This document shows positions 1-9,265 of a DNA stretch of 25,027 nucleotides, in pieces; positions within the stretch are counted from its first letter, which is position 1; each line of letters starts with the position of its first letter. Origin of the DNA: a virus (taxonomy: Duplodnaviria > Caudoviricetes); IMG/VR virus record IMGVR_UViG_3300007778_000031, positions 1 through 25,027 of that record; one strand, given 5' to 3'. Made by a program: the position numbers and the translations under genes. Under the pieces are notes generated by a model, which saw only the letters and a program-made list of their open reading frames with translations, made no database searches and was not told the DNA's origin.

Positions 1-1100
1 ACAACTACTTGGAATTTGAGTACAAATAGAATAACAAATACAGTATTTAATACCAACTATACTACGGCAGCAAATACTATAACTAACCGTAGCACAAATA
101 GAAACACTCAGTATACAACTACTTGGAATTTGAGTACTAATCGTATCTCGAATACTGTATTTAATACCAACTATACCACTGCAGCTAATACAATTACTAA
201 CCGCAGTACAAATAGAAATACTAACTACACAACAAATTGGTTGATCAACACTAACCGTACTACAAATAGAAATACGACTTACACAACGAACTGGTTGATT
301 AATACTAACCGTACCACAAATAGAAATACAACATATACTACTAGTTGGGGCATTAATACTAATCGTACTACTAATCGTACTACAACTTACACTACAGATT
401 GGTTAATTAATACAAATAGAACAACTAACCGTAATACAACGTACACTACTGTCTGGAATGTAAATACTAATCGTATCACGAATACGAACTATAATACTGC
501 AGCAAATACAATTACTAATTTGCAGACCAATCGGAATACAACTTATACCACAGACTGGTTGATTAATACAAATGTAATTACTAACACCAACTACAATACT
601 GCGGCAAATACTATTACCAATTTGCAGACCAATCGGAATACTCAGTATACAACCAATTGGAATATTAACACAAATAGGATCACTATTTCAAATTACAATA
701 CCGCTGCTAATACCATAACAAATCGTAGTACAGATAGAAATACTACCTATACTACTAACTGGGATATTAATACAAATAGGATTACTATTTCAAATTATAA
801 CACTGCGGCGAATACAATTACTAATCTTATTACTAACCGCAATACGACTTATGATACTGAGTGGGTTACAATTACTGATCGCAATACAAATACGAATTAT
901 ACTTCGAACTATAATACTGCGGCCAATACTATAACGAACCGAGATACTCAGATAAATACACAATATACTACAGAATGGGGTATTAACACTAACCGTATAA
1001 CCGATCGTATTACAAATTCTGAGTTTATTACAGAAGCTAATACAATCACAAATCGTAACACCATCACTGAATGGAATACTAATACAGAGTTTAATACAAA
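1..1100 (+). repeat. Coding tandem repeats with units of about 114, 54 and 102 nt
   Basis: ACAACTACTTGGAATTTGAGTAC occurs at 1 and 115 (38-aa unit), followed by 18-aa units (TNRTTNRNTTYTTNWLIN) and 34-aa units. DNA copies diverge at synonymous sites. Confidence 0.85.
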
Positions 1101-1125
1101 CCGAGAAACTGATTTCTTTGTATAA
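1..1125 (+). CDS. Thr/Asn-rich tandem-repeat protein (5'-truncated), putative fibre/surface protein
   Basis: Frame is open from base 1 (TTTWNLSTNR...), so the TTG at 16 is not the true start. Repeats of TNRxTNRNTxYTTxW and NYNTAANTITN; stop TAA at 1123-1125. Confidence 0.8.
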   Translation, partial: TTTWNLSTNRITNTVFNTNYTTAANTITNRSTNRNTQYTTTWNLSTNRISNTVFNTNYTTAANTITNRSTNRNTNYTTNWLINTNRTTNRNTTYTTNWLINTNRTTNRNTTYTTSWGINTNRTTNRTTTYTTDWLINTNRTTNRNTTYTTVWNVNTNRITNTNYNTAANTITNLQTNRNTTYTTDWLINTNVITNTNYNTAANTITNLQTNRNTQYTTNWNINTNRITISNYNTAANTITNRSTDRNTTYTTNWDINTNRITISNYNTAANTITNLITNRNTTYDTEWVTITDRNTNTNYTSNYNTAANTITNRDTQINTQYTTEWGINTNRITDRITNSEFITEANTITNRNTITEWNTNTEFNTNRETDFFV

Positions 1126-1136
1126 TGGAGAATTGA

Positions 1137-2045
1137 ATGAAGATTAATAATGTTGCTGAAATGGCCGAGCGAATTGGTGATTATACTAAAAATAAACGAC
1201 TATCATTTGCTGATGAAGTCGAAGAATATTTATTGTTTCGCCTAGAGAATGATTACGATACTGAAGCAGATTATGATGTTATAGCAAATGAACTTCCGTA
1301 CTTTAAGACATTTAATTATACTGAATATGCTAATTGTATTACAATCCACCCACTTCAGTTAGAGCTTCGTGTTCAGCAAATGATGGACGCGTATGCTGAT
1401 AATGCCGAGCAGAAGTGTGATTATGTTGAATTCTTTAAGGATAAACTTCTTACTGCTAATGCAAACAAATACAATGAAATTAATACTGATAAGAAAATAG
1501 AACCAAGAAAGGCAATTGTTGTATTGCCAGGTTCAAATAAACTTAAAGATCGTATTGATATTAATAAACTGAAGTATTGTAAATCAATGCATGGTAAGAA
1601 TGTATGGTTTAAACCCCATCCTTTGACTTCACATACATTAATTGGTGAAATGAAAGATCGGTTGGGTGAGGATGTGGTACTAGAGCGTCGTGATGACTTA
1701 TATAGTCTATTAGCTGAAGCAGATATAGTATATACAAGTGTGCTTTCAGAATCCGCTGCTTATGCTGTTGCTTTAGGTAAACAAATAGAACCTATTGACA
1801 TCTATAACACTACGCCACAAGGTTCTTTTAACCATATAAACAGATTCTTGTTTCGTGAAGAAAATCCACAGGAATGGATTAATCGTACATTTAATAGCCC
1901 TAAATCAGGTATTATCTGTCCATTAATAGATGAAGATTGGCGTGAGAAGGTTGATGCGTATCTTGAATATATTCATAAAGTACGTGATACCTATAAAAAC
2001 AAATATCTTTATGCTCCCGTCAAGAAAAAGGTGGTGAAGCAATAA
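1137..2045 (+). CDS. Putative GT-B fold glycosyltransferase (capsule-synthesis KpsS/KpsC- or bacterial sialyltransferase-like C-terminal half)
   Basis: Motifs VVLPGS, WFKPHP and LLAEADIVYTSVLSESAAYAVALGKQI resemble the C-terminal Rossmann domain of CMP-sugar-using GT-B enzymes; GGAG SD upstream. Confidence 0.55.
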   Translation: MKINNVAEMAERIGDYTKNKRLSFADEVEEYLLFRLENDYDTEADYDVIANELPYFKTFNYTEYANCITIHPLQLELRVQQMMDAYADNAEQKCDYVEFFKDKLLTANANKYNEINTDKKIEPRKAIVVLPGSNKLKDRIDINKLKYCKSMHGKNVWFKPHPLTSHTLIGEMKDRLGEDVVLERRDDLYSLLAEADIVYTSVLSESAAYAVALGKQIEPIDIYNTTPQGSFNHINRFLFREENPQEWINRTFNSPKSGIICPLIDEDWREKVDAYLEYIHKVRDTYKNKYLYAPVKKKVVKQ

Positions 2046-2755
2046 TGAAAACCAATGACATGCGAGAGTTCTTAAAATGGACTAATGGTAAATCTATTAT
2101 CTTGGTTGGGAACTCTGTTGAAATGATGAACCATGATAATGCTGAGTTTATTGATTCGCATGATATTGTTGTTCGCATGGGAAAAGCTCTTGAAACTACT
2201 AAACAAGAGCAGAAAGCTGTAGGTAAGAAAATTGATATATGGATGACCGGTGGCTTTCGGCAATGGATGATTAAACAAGATTATAATAGACGTAAGTTAG
2301 AAAACGTACAAATCTTGTTTAATCGTTCTCGTTTAGATATGAGAGCACCATTTAAACATAGTGATAAGATCAGTCCAGTAATTAATATGTTTACTGATCG
2401 CCAGATTATTGATATAAACAATCACTACGGTATTGATAGCTTTGATAGAAATGCTCGTCGATTATCGGGTGGTTTGTGGACAATGCTATTCTTTTGTGAA
2501 AAGGTTCCTAACTATAAATCACTCACTATGATTGGTTATGACTTTTTCTCAAAGCAAACCACTAACCTTAGAGGTGGTACTTATCCTCCACACTCTTGGC
2601 ATAGGGGAATTTTAAATTCGGATATAGAAGTTCATCTACGAGAACAAGAAATTGCCATTGCAGAAGACTATGTAGACCGGTACAATATAAACTGGGTTAA
2701 GTTAAGCAATTTAGAAAAAGAAGTTATTAACGATACCTCTTTTGGGAGTTTCTAA
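2045..2755 (+). CDS. GT29 (sialyltransferase)-like glycosyltransferase
   Basis: IILVGNS...FIDSHDIVVRM...VGKKIDIW resembles sialylmotif L; LSGG...LTMIGYDFF resembles motif S; late H...E (HLREQE) resembles VS. TAATG overlap with the upstream gene. Confidence 0.7.
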   Translation: MKTNDMREFLKWTNGKSIILVGNSVEMMNHDNAEFIDSHDIVVRMGKALETTKQEQKAVGKKIDIWMTGGFRQWMIKQDYNRRKLENVQILFNRSRLDMRAPFKHSDKISPVINMFTDRQIIDINNHYGIDSFDRNARRLSGGLWTMLFFCEKVPNYKSLTMIGYDFFSKQTTNLRGGTYPPHSWHRGILNSDIEVHLREQEIAIAEDYVDRYNINWVKLSNLEKEVINDTSFGSF

Positions 2756-2758
2756 TGA

Positions 2759-3310
2759 ATGGACAGCGAATTATTTAATGAGTATAAAGCTTATTATAGA
2801 GAATTGCATGATCAAGGTAAATTTAGTGGCGGGTCATTAAAGGCAAAATATATTCCACAGATTAAAGCATTAGTACAAAAGACAGGATCCAGAACATTAT
2901 TGGATTTTGGTTGTGGCAAAGCTCACAATTATACTAAGAGCCATATCAATAGGGCGTTTGGTATAAAAGATGGTAATGTTTCTTTATATGATCCAGGGTA
3001 TGAACAATATGAAGATATGCCGGAAGGGCAATTTGATTGTTTGATATGCACAGATGTCATGGAGCATATACCGGAAGAATTGATAGATGAGACATTGCAA
3101 ACAATGTTTAGCAAATGTACGAAGTTTGCTTTCATTGTAATCCATTGTGGATTGGCTGATAAAGTCTTACCCAATGGTGAAAATGCTCACATTACTGTTA
3201 AACCACCTGATTGGTGGAAACAAAAAATAATTGAAAATAAGGGTTTACAAATGGTACAGCTTAAGTTTATAATACCAAGTGACCCAAAGAAAAATATATT
3301 AGGATTATGA
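2759..3310 (+). CDS. Class I SAM-dependent methyltransferase
   Basis: LLDFGCGK (motif I), YDPG, FDCLICTDVMEHIPE, NAHITVKPPDWW. Confidence 0.85.
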   Translation: MDSELFNEYKAYYRELHDQGKFSGGSLKAKYIPQIKALVQKTGSRTLLDFGCGKAHNYTKSHINRAFGIKDGNVSLYDPGYEQYEDMPEGQFDCLICTDVMEHIPEELIDETLQTMFSKCTKFAFIVIHCGLADKVLPNGENAHITVKPPDWWKQKIIENKGLQMVQLKFIIPSDPKKNILGL

Positions 3311-3987
3311 TGTATAATGTAGTTATTGGTTACGATCGTGAAAATAGAATGCCGGCATACACTTGTGCCGAAAGTATAATGCAGAATAGTTCGGTACCAG
3401 TGAACTTTACTTTTTTACATAGAGACATGTTGGCTGATTTGTTCACACGTGAGCGATCAGTCCACGACTCAACTGAATTCAGTAATAGTAGATTTTTAAC
3501 ACCCTACCTTGCTGGATATAAAGGTTGGTCATTGTTTCTTGATAATGACATGATAATTAAAAGTGATATAAAAGAACTATTTGATATGAGAGATGATTCA
3601 TATACAATTATGTGTGTAAAGCATAATCAGGTATGTAGATCAGAATCAAAATTTCTTGGTCATGAGCAATATCAATACAACTATAAAAATTGGTCTAGTG
3701 TAATGTTATTTAATAATGAGAAATGCTTAGGGCTTACACCGGATTATGTAAATAGTGCTCCAGGTTTGGATATGCATCAGTTCAAGTGGATTGATGATCA
3801 TAATGAAATTGGTGAATTGCCAATGGAATGGAACTATTTGGTGGGTAATGCCAATCAAACATTTAAACGACCTAAGCTAATACATTATACCGAAGGTGGT
3901 CCGTACTTTGAGGAAACAAAGAATTGTCAGCATGCCGAAGATTGGACCAGTATTTACAAACAAATTAATGATGTTAGAACTATATAA
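3307..3987 (+). CDS. GT-A fold, GT8-like glycosyltransferase
   Basis: IGYD, STEFSNSRFL, DxD motif (FLDNDM), NWSSVMLFN, WNYLV, IHYTEGGP; ATGA overlap with the upstream gene. Confidence 0.8.
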   Translation: MMYNVVIGYDRENRMPAYTCAESIMQNSSVPVNFTFLHRDMLADLFTRERSVHDSTEFSNSRFLTPYLAGYKGWSLFLDNDMIIKSDIKELFDMRDDSYTIMCVKHNQVCRSESKFLGHEQYQYNYKNWSSVMLFNNEKCLGLTPDYVNSAPGLDMHQFKWIDDHNEIGELPMEWNYLVGNANQTFKRPKLIHYTEGGPYFEETKNCQHAEDWTSIYKQINDVRTI

Positions 3988-3990
3988 ATA
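3983..3990 (+). promoter_or_regulatory. T4-type late promoter TATAAATA
   Basis: Exact consensus overlapping the GT8-like stop codon, upstream of the GAGGA SD of the fibre gene. Confidence 0.8.
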
Positions 3991-4022
3991 CTAACAGAAA
4001 TATACATTAAGAGGATGATTTA

Positions 4023-5747
4023 ATGGCAATCACTTTACGAGGATCAGTGGGCAGGGCCCTTACTCATAATGAGTTAGATGCTAACTTCCAATCATTGTTA
4101 CCTCTAGCAGGTGGCACAATGTCTGGTGGCATCACCATGGATTCAATTACAATGAGTTCGCCTTCTGCTGGTGTGCTATCTTTTGATGGTTCTGCTGGAC
4201 AATTGTTCTCACTTACCGATTCATTAACTGGTACAATTTTCTCTGTTAACGACGTCTCTGGTATTCCTTCTATTGAGGTAGATGATGACGGTACTGTTCG
4301 CTTAGCAGAATTCAGTGGCAATGTTCTCATTGGTACTGCAGTTGATAATGGATCTAAATTACAAGTAAAAGGCTCAATTTCATTGGGTGCTGAAGGTAGC
4401 AATGGTATTGTACTATCTGAATCTACTGACCGAGCAGATTTACTTTTAATTAAAGGAAGTACCGCATCTTGGGCTGGTATTCAAATATCGAATACATCGA
4501 ATGAAACTCTTGCTTCATTTATGACTGAAGGTACCACTATAGGTATCTATGATGACCAAAATAATGAATGGGCGTGGAGATATTATGAAAACGGTGGCCA
4601 TACTTTTGATTACAATGGTACTGCTGTATTTAAAGTAGGTAACAAAACTGCAACTATTTATGATGGTACTGCGGATCGTACTATAATTCACGCAGGAAAT
4701 ATTGGTTCTCAAACAGTGGCATCAGCTGGCGATGCCGATACTGTAGATTCAGTTCATCTATCAGGTCTTACACAATCCGGTGATGCTGGTAATGGTGACT
4801 TAAATAACGCATATTGGTCGAGTGCATCTAGATTAACGAGTGCCAATGTAACTGCCAATGGACCAGGTACTGGTTGGTACATGATTTATAATAATCGTCA
4901 TCGCGGGGGTACTGGTGATGGTACTAGCTATGGTACTCAGCTAGCTATCGGGATGAATACTGATACCTCTAATGCTTACTTCCGTAGTGAAACAGGCACT
5001 GATACGTGGACTAGTTGGAGGAAAATCTGGAATGATGCCAACGACGGTGCAGGTTCTGGCCTAGATGCAGATAATCTTGATGGTTATACTTGGACTTCCT
5101 CAGGTAAGAATGTTCGTGCTACCGAATTTTATGCTGATAACTGGTTCCGCAACTACAACTCTGGTGAAGGTTTATATAACCAAGCTACCACACAGCATTT
5201 TTATTCTGATAATGATGACTGGTGGAATGTAGCTGGTGGTAGTACTTATAATGGCATTCGATTTAGAGATGAACATGCTGGAACAGTAAGAGGTGGAGTT
5301 CGGGCAAGCAATGGCAATTATGTTGGCTTTACCGATGCAAGTGGAAACTGGGCATATGCACATGAATACGCAACAGGTAATTATTTCTATACTTCAGGTA
5401 CCCAGTGTCTATTCTTTGATAATCTTGAAATGCAATATGCTGGTTCAATTACCGCGGCTGGTAACATTACAGCATATTCTGATGAACGACTTAAAGATAA
5501 TATAAAAACTGTTTCAGGTCTAGATAAAGTTACACAAATGAGAGGTGTAACTTATGAACGTAATGATATGGATGGTCAACAGGGTACAGGTGTTATCGCT
5601 CAAGAACTTCAAAAGGTTGCGCCAGAATTAGTTAAAGAAGGTAATGAGTATTTAAGTGTTGATTACTCCGGTATTGTTGGTTATTTAATTGAATCAATAA
5701 AAGAACTCAAAGCAGAGATCGATGTATTAAAAGGTGAAAAGAAATGA
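4023..5747 (+). CDS. Tail fibre protein with C-terminal intramolecular chaperone (peptidase S74)
   Basis: N-terminal LR...LTHNELDANF anchor; Gly/Ser/Thr-rich shaft; WTSWRKIW and GSGLDAD fibre motifs; cleavage motif YSDERLKDNI, GVIAQE and a terminal coiled coil. Confidence 0.85.
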   Translation: MAITLRGSVGRALTHNELDANFQSLLPLAGGTMSGGITMDSITMSSPSAGVLSFDGSAGQLFSLTDSLTGTIFSVNDVSGIPSIEVDDDGTVRLAEFSGNVLIGTAVDNGSKLQVKGSISLGAEGSNGIVLSESTDRADLLLIKGSTASWAGIQISNTSNETLASFMTEGTTIGIYDDQNNEWAWRYYENGGHTFDYNGTAVFKVGNKTATIYDGTADRTIIHAGNIGSQTVASAGDADTVDSVHLSGLTQSGDAGNGDLNNAYWSSASRLTSANVTANGPGTGWYMIYNNRHRGGTGDGTSYGTQLAIGMNTDTSNAYFRSETGTDTWTSWRKIWNDANDGAGSGLDADNLDGYTWTSSGKNVRATEFYADNWFRNYNSGEGLYNQATTQHFYSDNDDWWNVAGGSTYNGIRFRDEHAGTVRGGVRASNGNYVGFTDASGNWAYAHEYATGNYFYTSGTQCLFFDNLEMQYAGSITAAGNITAYSDERLKDNIKTVSGLDKVTQMRGVTYERNDMDGQQGTGVIAQELQKVAPELVKEGNEYLSVDYSGIVGYLIESIKELKAEIDVLKGEKK

Positions 5748-6130
5748 TATTAACCGATGAAGAATTACAGAAAATAAAAGATGCAATTGAATTGGTTAAA
5801 GTTGAACGTGAACAAACTCAACAAGAATTTTTAAAATTAAAAAATATTGTTGATACTTCGGATGATGAAGCCGACATTGAAGCAGCTAAAATTCAAATAA
5901 GTTCTCGATACCAATATATGTTGCTCCTTTCAAAAAATATGGCTAGTATGTATGATGCTATATTAAAACATGAACGACAATTAGCAGGACCTCAAGAACT
6001 ACCACCAGAAGAGGCAGAATTAATTATGGAAGCCAATGGCGAGTCTTTGCAAGAATTAACACCTGAGGAAATAGCCGAAGGTGAGGCCGCGGCAGGTGTA
6101 ACAATTGATGGAACTACAGGTACCGAATAA
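5744..6130 (+). CDS. Hypothetical acidic coiled-coil protein
   Basis: 128-aa ORF coupled on both sides (ATGA, TAATG); helical N-terminus and Glu-rich tail. Confidence 0.65.
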   Translation: MILTDEELQKIKDAIELVKVEREQTQQEFLKLKNIVDTSDDEADIEAAKIQISSRYQYMLLLSKNMASMYDAILKHERQLAGPQELPPEEAELIMEANGESLQELTPEEIAEGEAAAGVTIDGTTGTE

Positions 6131-9024
6131 TGGCAGCATATGATCCAATACCAGTAAATGGACCTATTTCTTTTGAAGATATGGGATATGCTCGAGGTCT
6201 CTCCAGTTTTGCATACGATGAATACCAAAATTTTAAATTAAATTTGTCAATGTGGTATGCGTACAAGCCAGGACCTAACACAAAAGATCCTGACAATTTG
6301 GATGATTACTATACTGCTGATGCTGCTTATTTACCAGAAACTAATGTGGACTCACTTGGAACCATAATTCTTTCTGCAGCAGTTGGAATCGATTCAGTTA
6401 ATTTTTTAGAAGAAGAAAACTGGGAAAATATCTTAGACACAACCGGTGTAGCCGGTGTATATAGATTACGTGGTGATATAAATGATGATGGTCAAATTAG
6501 TGCTTCTGATGCTATAGCAATGTTAAGACAGATTACAGGTCAGGATCCACTTAATACCTGGGCCCGGCGTTGGGTTGCCAATCATCCAAATTCTCATATA
6601 TTTACAGGATACATTACCAATACAGTATCAAATGCACCAGGTCCAGCTGTATCATTGAATCAACTTCGTGGTTTATCTAAACCAGCACCAAATAGTGGTG
6701 TGTTTTTATTACCAACATTTACGAGATCTGGTCAAAATAGTACATCATATGAATTGATTACAGGTGATACAACTAGTGATTCTGGTTTGTATTTAGCATA
6801 TACACAGTCAAATCGCGTTGGTAGATTTTATTTTGTACATACAGCATATACAACTTATACTGCTGATATGCAAATAGACAACGTAAGATACAATGGTGTT
6901 TTGTTAGATGAAACTAAGTTTCAATATGAAACTACAATTTCCGGCTCGGTCGCACCTAATCAATCAAATTCTGCAGAACTTACTGTTGATTGGATGATAG
7001 AATTATTGGCTGGAAGAAATTCTTGGTATGATATCCCGATTGGCACTAACACTGGAAGATGGAATAGAGATGCTGGTGGTACTCCTTCTGGTTCCACAGG
7101 TCTAGGTGTTGATGCAAACGGTAGTAGCTCAGGAATTTATTTATATAGTGAAACTTCATCATATTTTAATAGAGCTCTTATTATGAGATCACCCGTGGTT
7201 ACACTGGCTAATGGCGCATCATTAGAATTTGCCTGTGCCAGATACGGGGCCGCTATGGGTACTCTTAAAGTATTTTGGATGTCAGATACTAAATCAACAT
7301 GGGGTGGTTTGCCTTCATATCTTGTAGATTCAGCTGAAAGTAACGCCAAAAGACCATTGAACACAGAGATATTAAACCTAGGAAATAGTGATGGTTTTCA
7401 TCCTGCAATTGCTGTTGAATGGGATCAAACCACAGGTGAAGCATCAAAGGTTTTGATATATAAGGCTGAGATGCCTAACGCTACTATAAGCGCGGTGGAT
7501 GGAGCGATGACCCTAGGTAACGATTATCATCTTAGTCTCAAAAAAGGTGTTGAAGGTTGTTTTAGAGGTAGCTTGAGTGGAAATGTTAGAAGTTGGACAT
7601 TTGATGTAACCCCAGGAAGTACTTCAGGTTATTTTAAACGTGGGAATTCTGCTCAATTGGCTCAAAATTTTAGTTATACTCCATTTGCTACTGGTGGTAC
7701 TGCTATAACACCATCAAACGGTGAGGGTATATCAAGAGCTTGGCCTGATGTTGATTCAACAGGTTTTAATATTGAAGTAAATGTTCCAACTCAGGTTGGT
7801 GTTGGTGCATGGGCAGCTCAAATGAGATCAAATAATGGTAAGAAACATGTTCTTACAAAATATAATACAGGTTTGGATTATATAGTATATGTTGCTATTT
7901 CAGTCAATGGATCAATTTACACAACAAAACTTAATACATCCCAGGTAACATTACCAGCCGATGGAACATGGGTTCCTATCAATATTAATATAGAGAATCT
8001 TACAACTACACCCACAGTATATACTATAGGAGTTAATGCAACTGCTGTTGTAGGGGAATCTGGTTCAGCAGCACCTCATTCGGTGATATTGTCTCCATTT
8101 GGTGTATCAAGATATCGGGGTTATAGTAATTGGGATACATCTTGGGGTTCTTATGGTAAAGCTATGTATCCACTGGGTCCAACAAATGAGTTGATTATAT
8201 CAGAACAGCAAGTATTACCTCAATACTATCCTGTAGTTTTATCTCAAACATCAGCAACATTTATAGAGCGGGTATCAGGCTTTACTATAGATCAAGGTGC
8301 TGCGTGTGTGGCCGGTATTGGTTCAAACCAATATCTATATGCATTAAACGGGTCATCAAGCACTTCCCAGACAATATATAGATGGCCGTTGCAAAATGAT
8401 GTGGTTTCTGGAGCATATGTAGCAACTCTTGATAATTGGGATGGTTCTAATTCATATGCTCGAGCAATACATGTTAGTGCTGATGGTACATTTATGTATG
8501 TTGGTGGCAGCGGAGGCTATATTCAATGGTGGGAAATGTCAGTACCATATGATCTTAGTACTGCATCGTCACGAGGTTCTCTGGCCACAGCCAATTTAAT
8601 TGGTGTGACTGAGAATCATGAATCTATACATTTTACATCTGATGGCCTGCATTTTGTAACTGCAACCTACTCGAGTGGTAATGTGCGTTTATTTGATCTT
8701 AGTATCGCTTGGGATGTTACAACTGCTACTTATAATAGCACTATAGTTAAAGGGACTTCAACCAATACTGGTGTATACATTTCAGATGATTTATCACAAC
8801 TTGGAGTAGCGGTCACTGCCCAGGGTAAATGGGATTTTTATAGTGTTTCAACCCCAGGTAATCTCGCAACAACAAGTTCTTCCGCAGCCTTTAGTATGAC
8901 CGTCAACTCTTCTGATACAAATGTAAGAAGTAGTAAAATAGGTATGAATTATGGTGACGGTACTGCACTTGTTATAACAACTGAATCGGGATCATTAATC
9001 ACATCTAGAGTTAATACATTATAA
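6130..9024 (+). CDS. Large multidomain virion/adhesin-like protein (dockerin-like loop, MAM-like domain, C-terminal beta-propeller)
   Basis: GDINDDGQISASDAIAML; WNRDAGGTPSGSTG...YLYSETS; repeated IH(V/F)xxDG...(Y/W)D(L/V)(S/T)TA blades. Confidence 0.65.
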   Translation: MAAYDPIPVNGPISFEDMGYARGLSSFAYDEYQNFKLNLSMWYAYKPGPNTKDPDNLDDYYTADAAYLPETNVDSLGTIILSAAVGIDSVNFLEEENWENILDTTGVAGVYRLRGDINDDGQISASDAIAMLRQITGQDPLNTWARRWVANHPNSHIFTGYITNTVSNAPGPAVSLNQLRGLSKPAPNSGVFLLPTFTRSGQNSTSYELITGDTTSDSGLYLAYTQSNRVGRFYFVHTAYTTYTADMQIDNVRYNGVLLDETKFQYETTISGSVAPNQSNSAELTVDWMIELLAGRNSWYDIPIGTNTGRWNRDAGGTPSGSTGLGVDANGSSSGIYLYSETSSYFNRALIMRSPVVTLANGASLEFACARYGAAMGTLKVFWMSDTKSTWGGLPSYLVDSAESNAKRPLNTEILNLGNSDGFHPAIAVEWDQTTGEASKVLIYKAEMPNATISAVDGAMTLGNDYHLSLKKGVEGCFRGSLSGNVRSWTFDVTPGSTSGYFKRGNSAQLAQNFSYTPFATGGTAITPSNGEGISRAWPDVDSTGFNIEVNVPTQVGVGAWAAQMRSNNGKKHVLTKYNTGLDYIVYVAISVNGSIYTTKLNTSQVTLPADGTWVPININIENLTTTPTVYTIGVNATAVVGESGSAAPHSVILSPFGVSRYRGYSNWDTSWGSYGKAMYPLGPTNELIISEQQVLPQYYPVVLSQTSATFIERVSGFTIDQGAACVAGIGSNQYLYALNGSSSTSQTIYRWPLQNDVVSGAYVATLDNWDGSNSYARAIHVSADGTFMYVGGSGGYIQWWEMSVPYDLSTASSRGSLATANLIGVTENHESIHFTSDGLHFVTATYSSGNVRLFDLSIAWDVTTATYNSTIVKGTSTNTGVYISDDLSQLGVAVTAQGKWDFYSVSTPGNLATTSSSAAFSMTVNSSDTNVRSSKIGMNYGDGTALVITTESGSLITSRVNTL

Positions 9025-9029
9025 TGAGT

Positions 9030-9037
9030 TATAAATA
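9030..9037 (+). promoter_or_regulatory. T4-type late promoter TATAAATA
   Basis: Exact consensus in the intergenic gap. Confidence 0.8.
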
Positions 9038-9061
9038 ATACTAAAATTATCTGGAATTGAT

Positions 9062-9265
9062 ATGGTACCTAGAAAAGTTATTTACATTAGGGATGGTTTT
9101 GTGATAGAATCAAAATTTATCACTTACGTCACAGAATTAAAGCCTGAGGATTATATACCTAATGCTCGTCCTCTAATAGATTGGGAAAAGCGATATTCCG
9201 TAGGTGATAAGTTTTCTATGGAAGATTGGAAAGCAGATTTTAACAAATATCACGGTATAGAATAA
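9062..9265 (+). CDS. Small hypothetical protein, possibly fibre-associated
   Basis: 67 aa; first gene after a late promoter; TAATG coupling to the next gene. Confidence 0.6.
   Translation: MVPRKVIYIRDGFVIESKFITYVTELKPEDYIPNARPLIDWEKRYSVGDKFSMEDWKADFNKYHGIE

Noticed and set aside
16-18. ORF-track start at TTG 16
   Set aside because: The frame is open from base 1 and the repeat continues upstream, so the gene starts outside the window.
1-1125. CRISPR array or non-coding satellite
   Set aside because: Repeats are in-frame multiples of 3 that vary at wobble positions, with no constant repeat/unique spacer pattern.
9062-9265. Possible lipoyl-domain-like acceptor for the LipB pair (VIESKF, SVGDKF)
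   Set aside because: Spacing does not match E-(S/T)-x-K-A and the order of motifs is wrong; the resemblance is too weak without a structure model.
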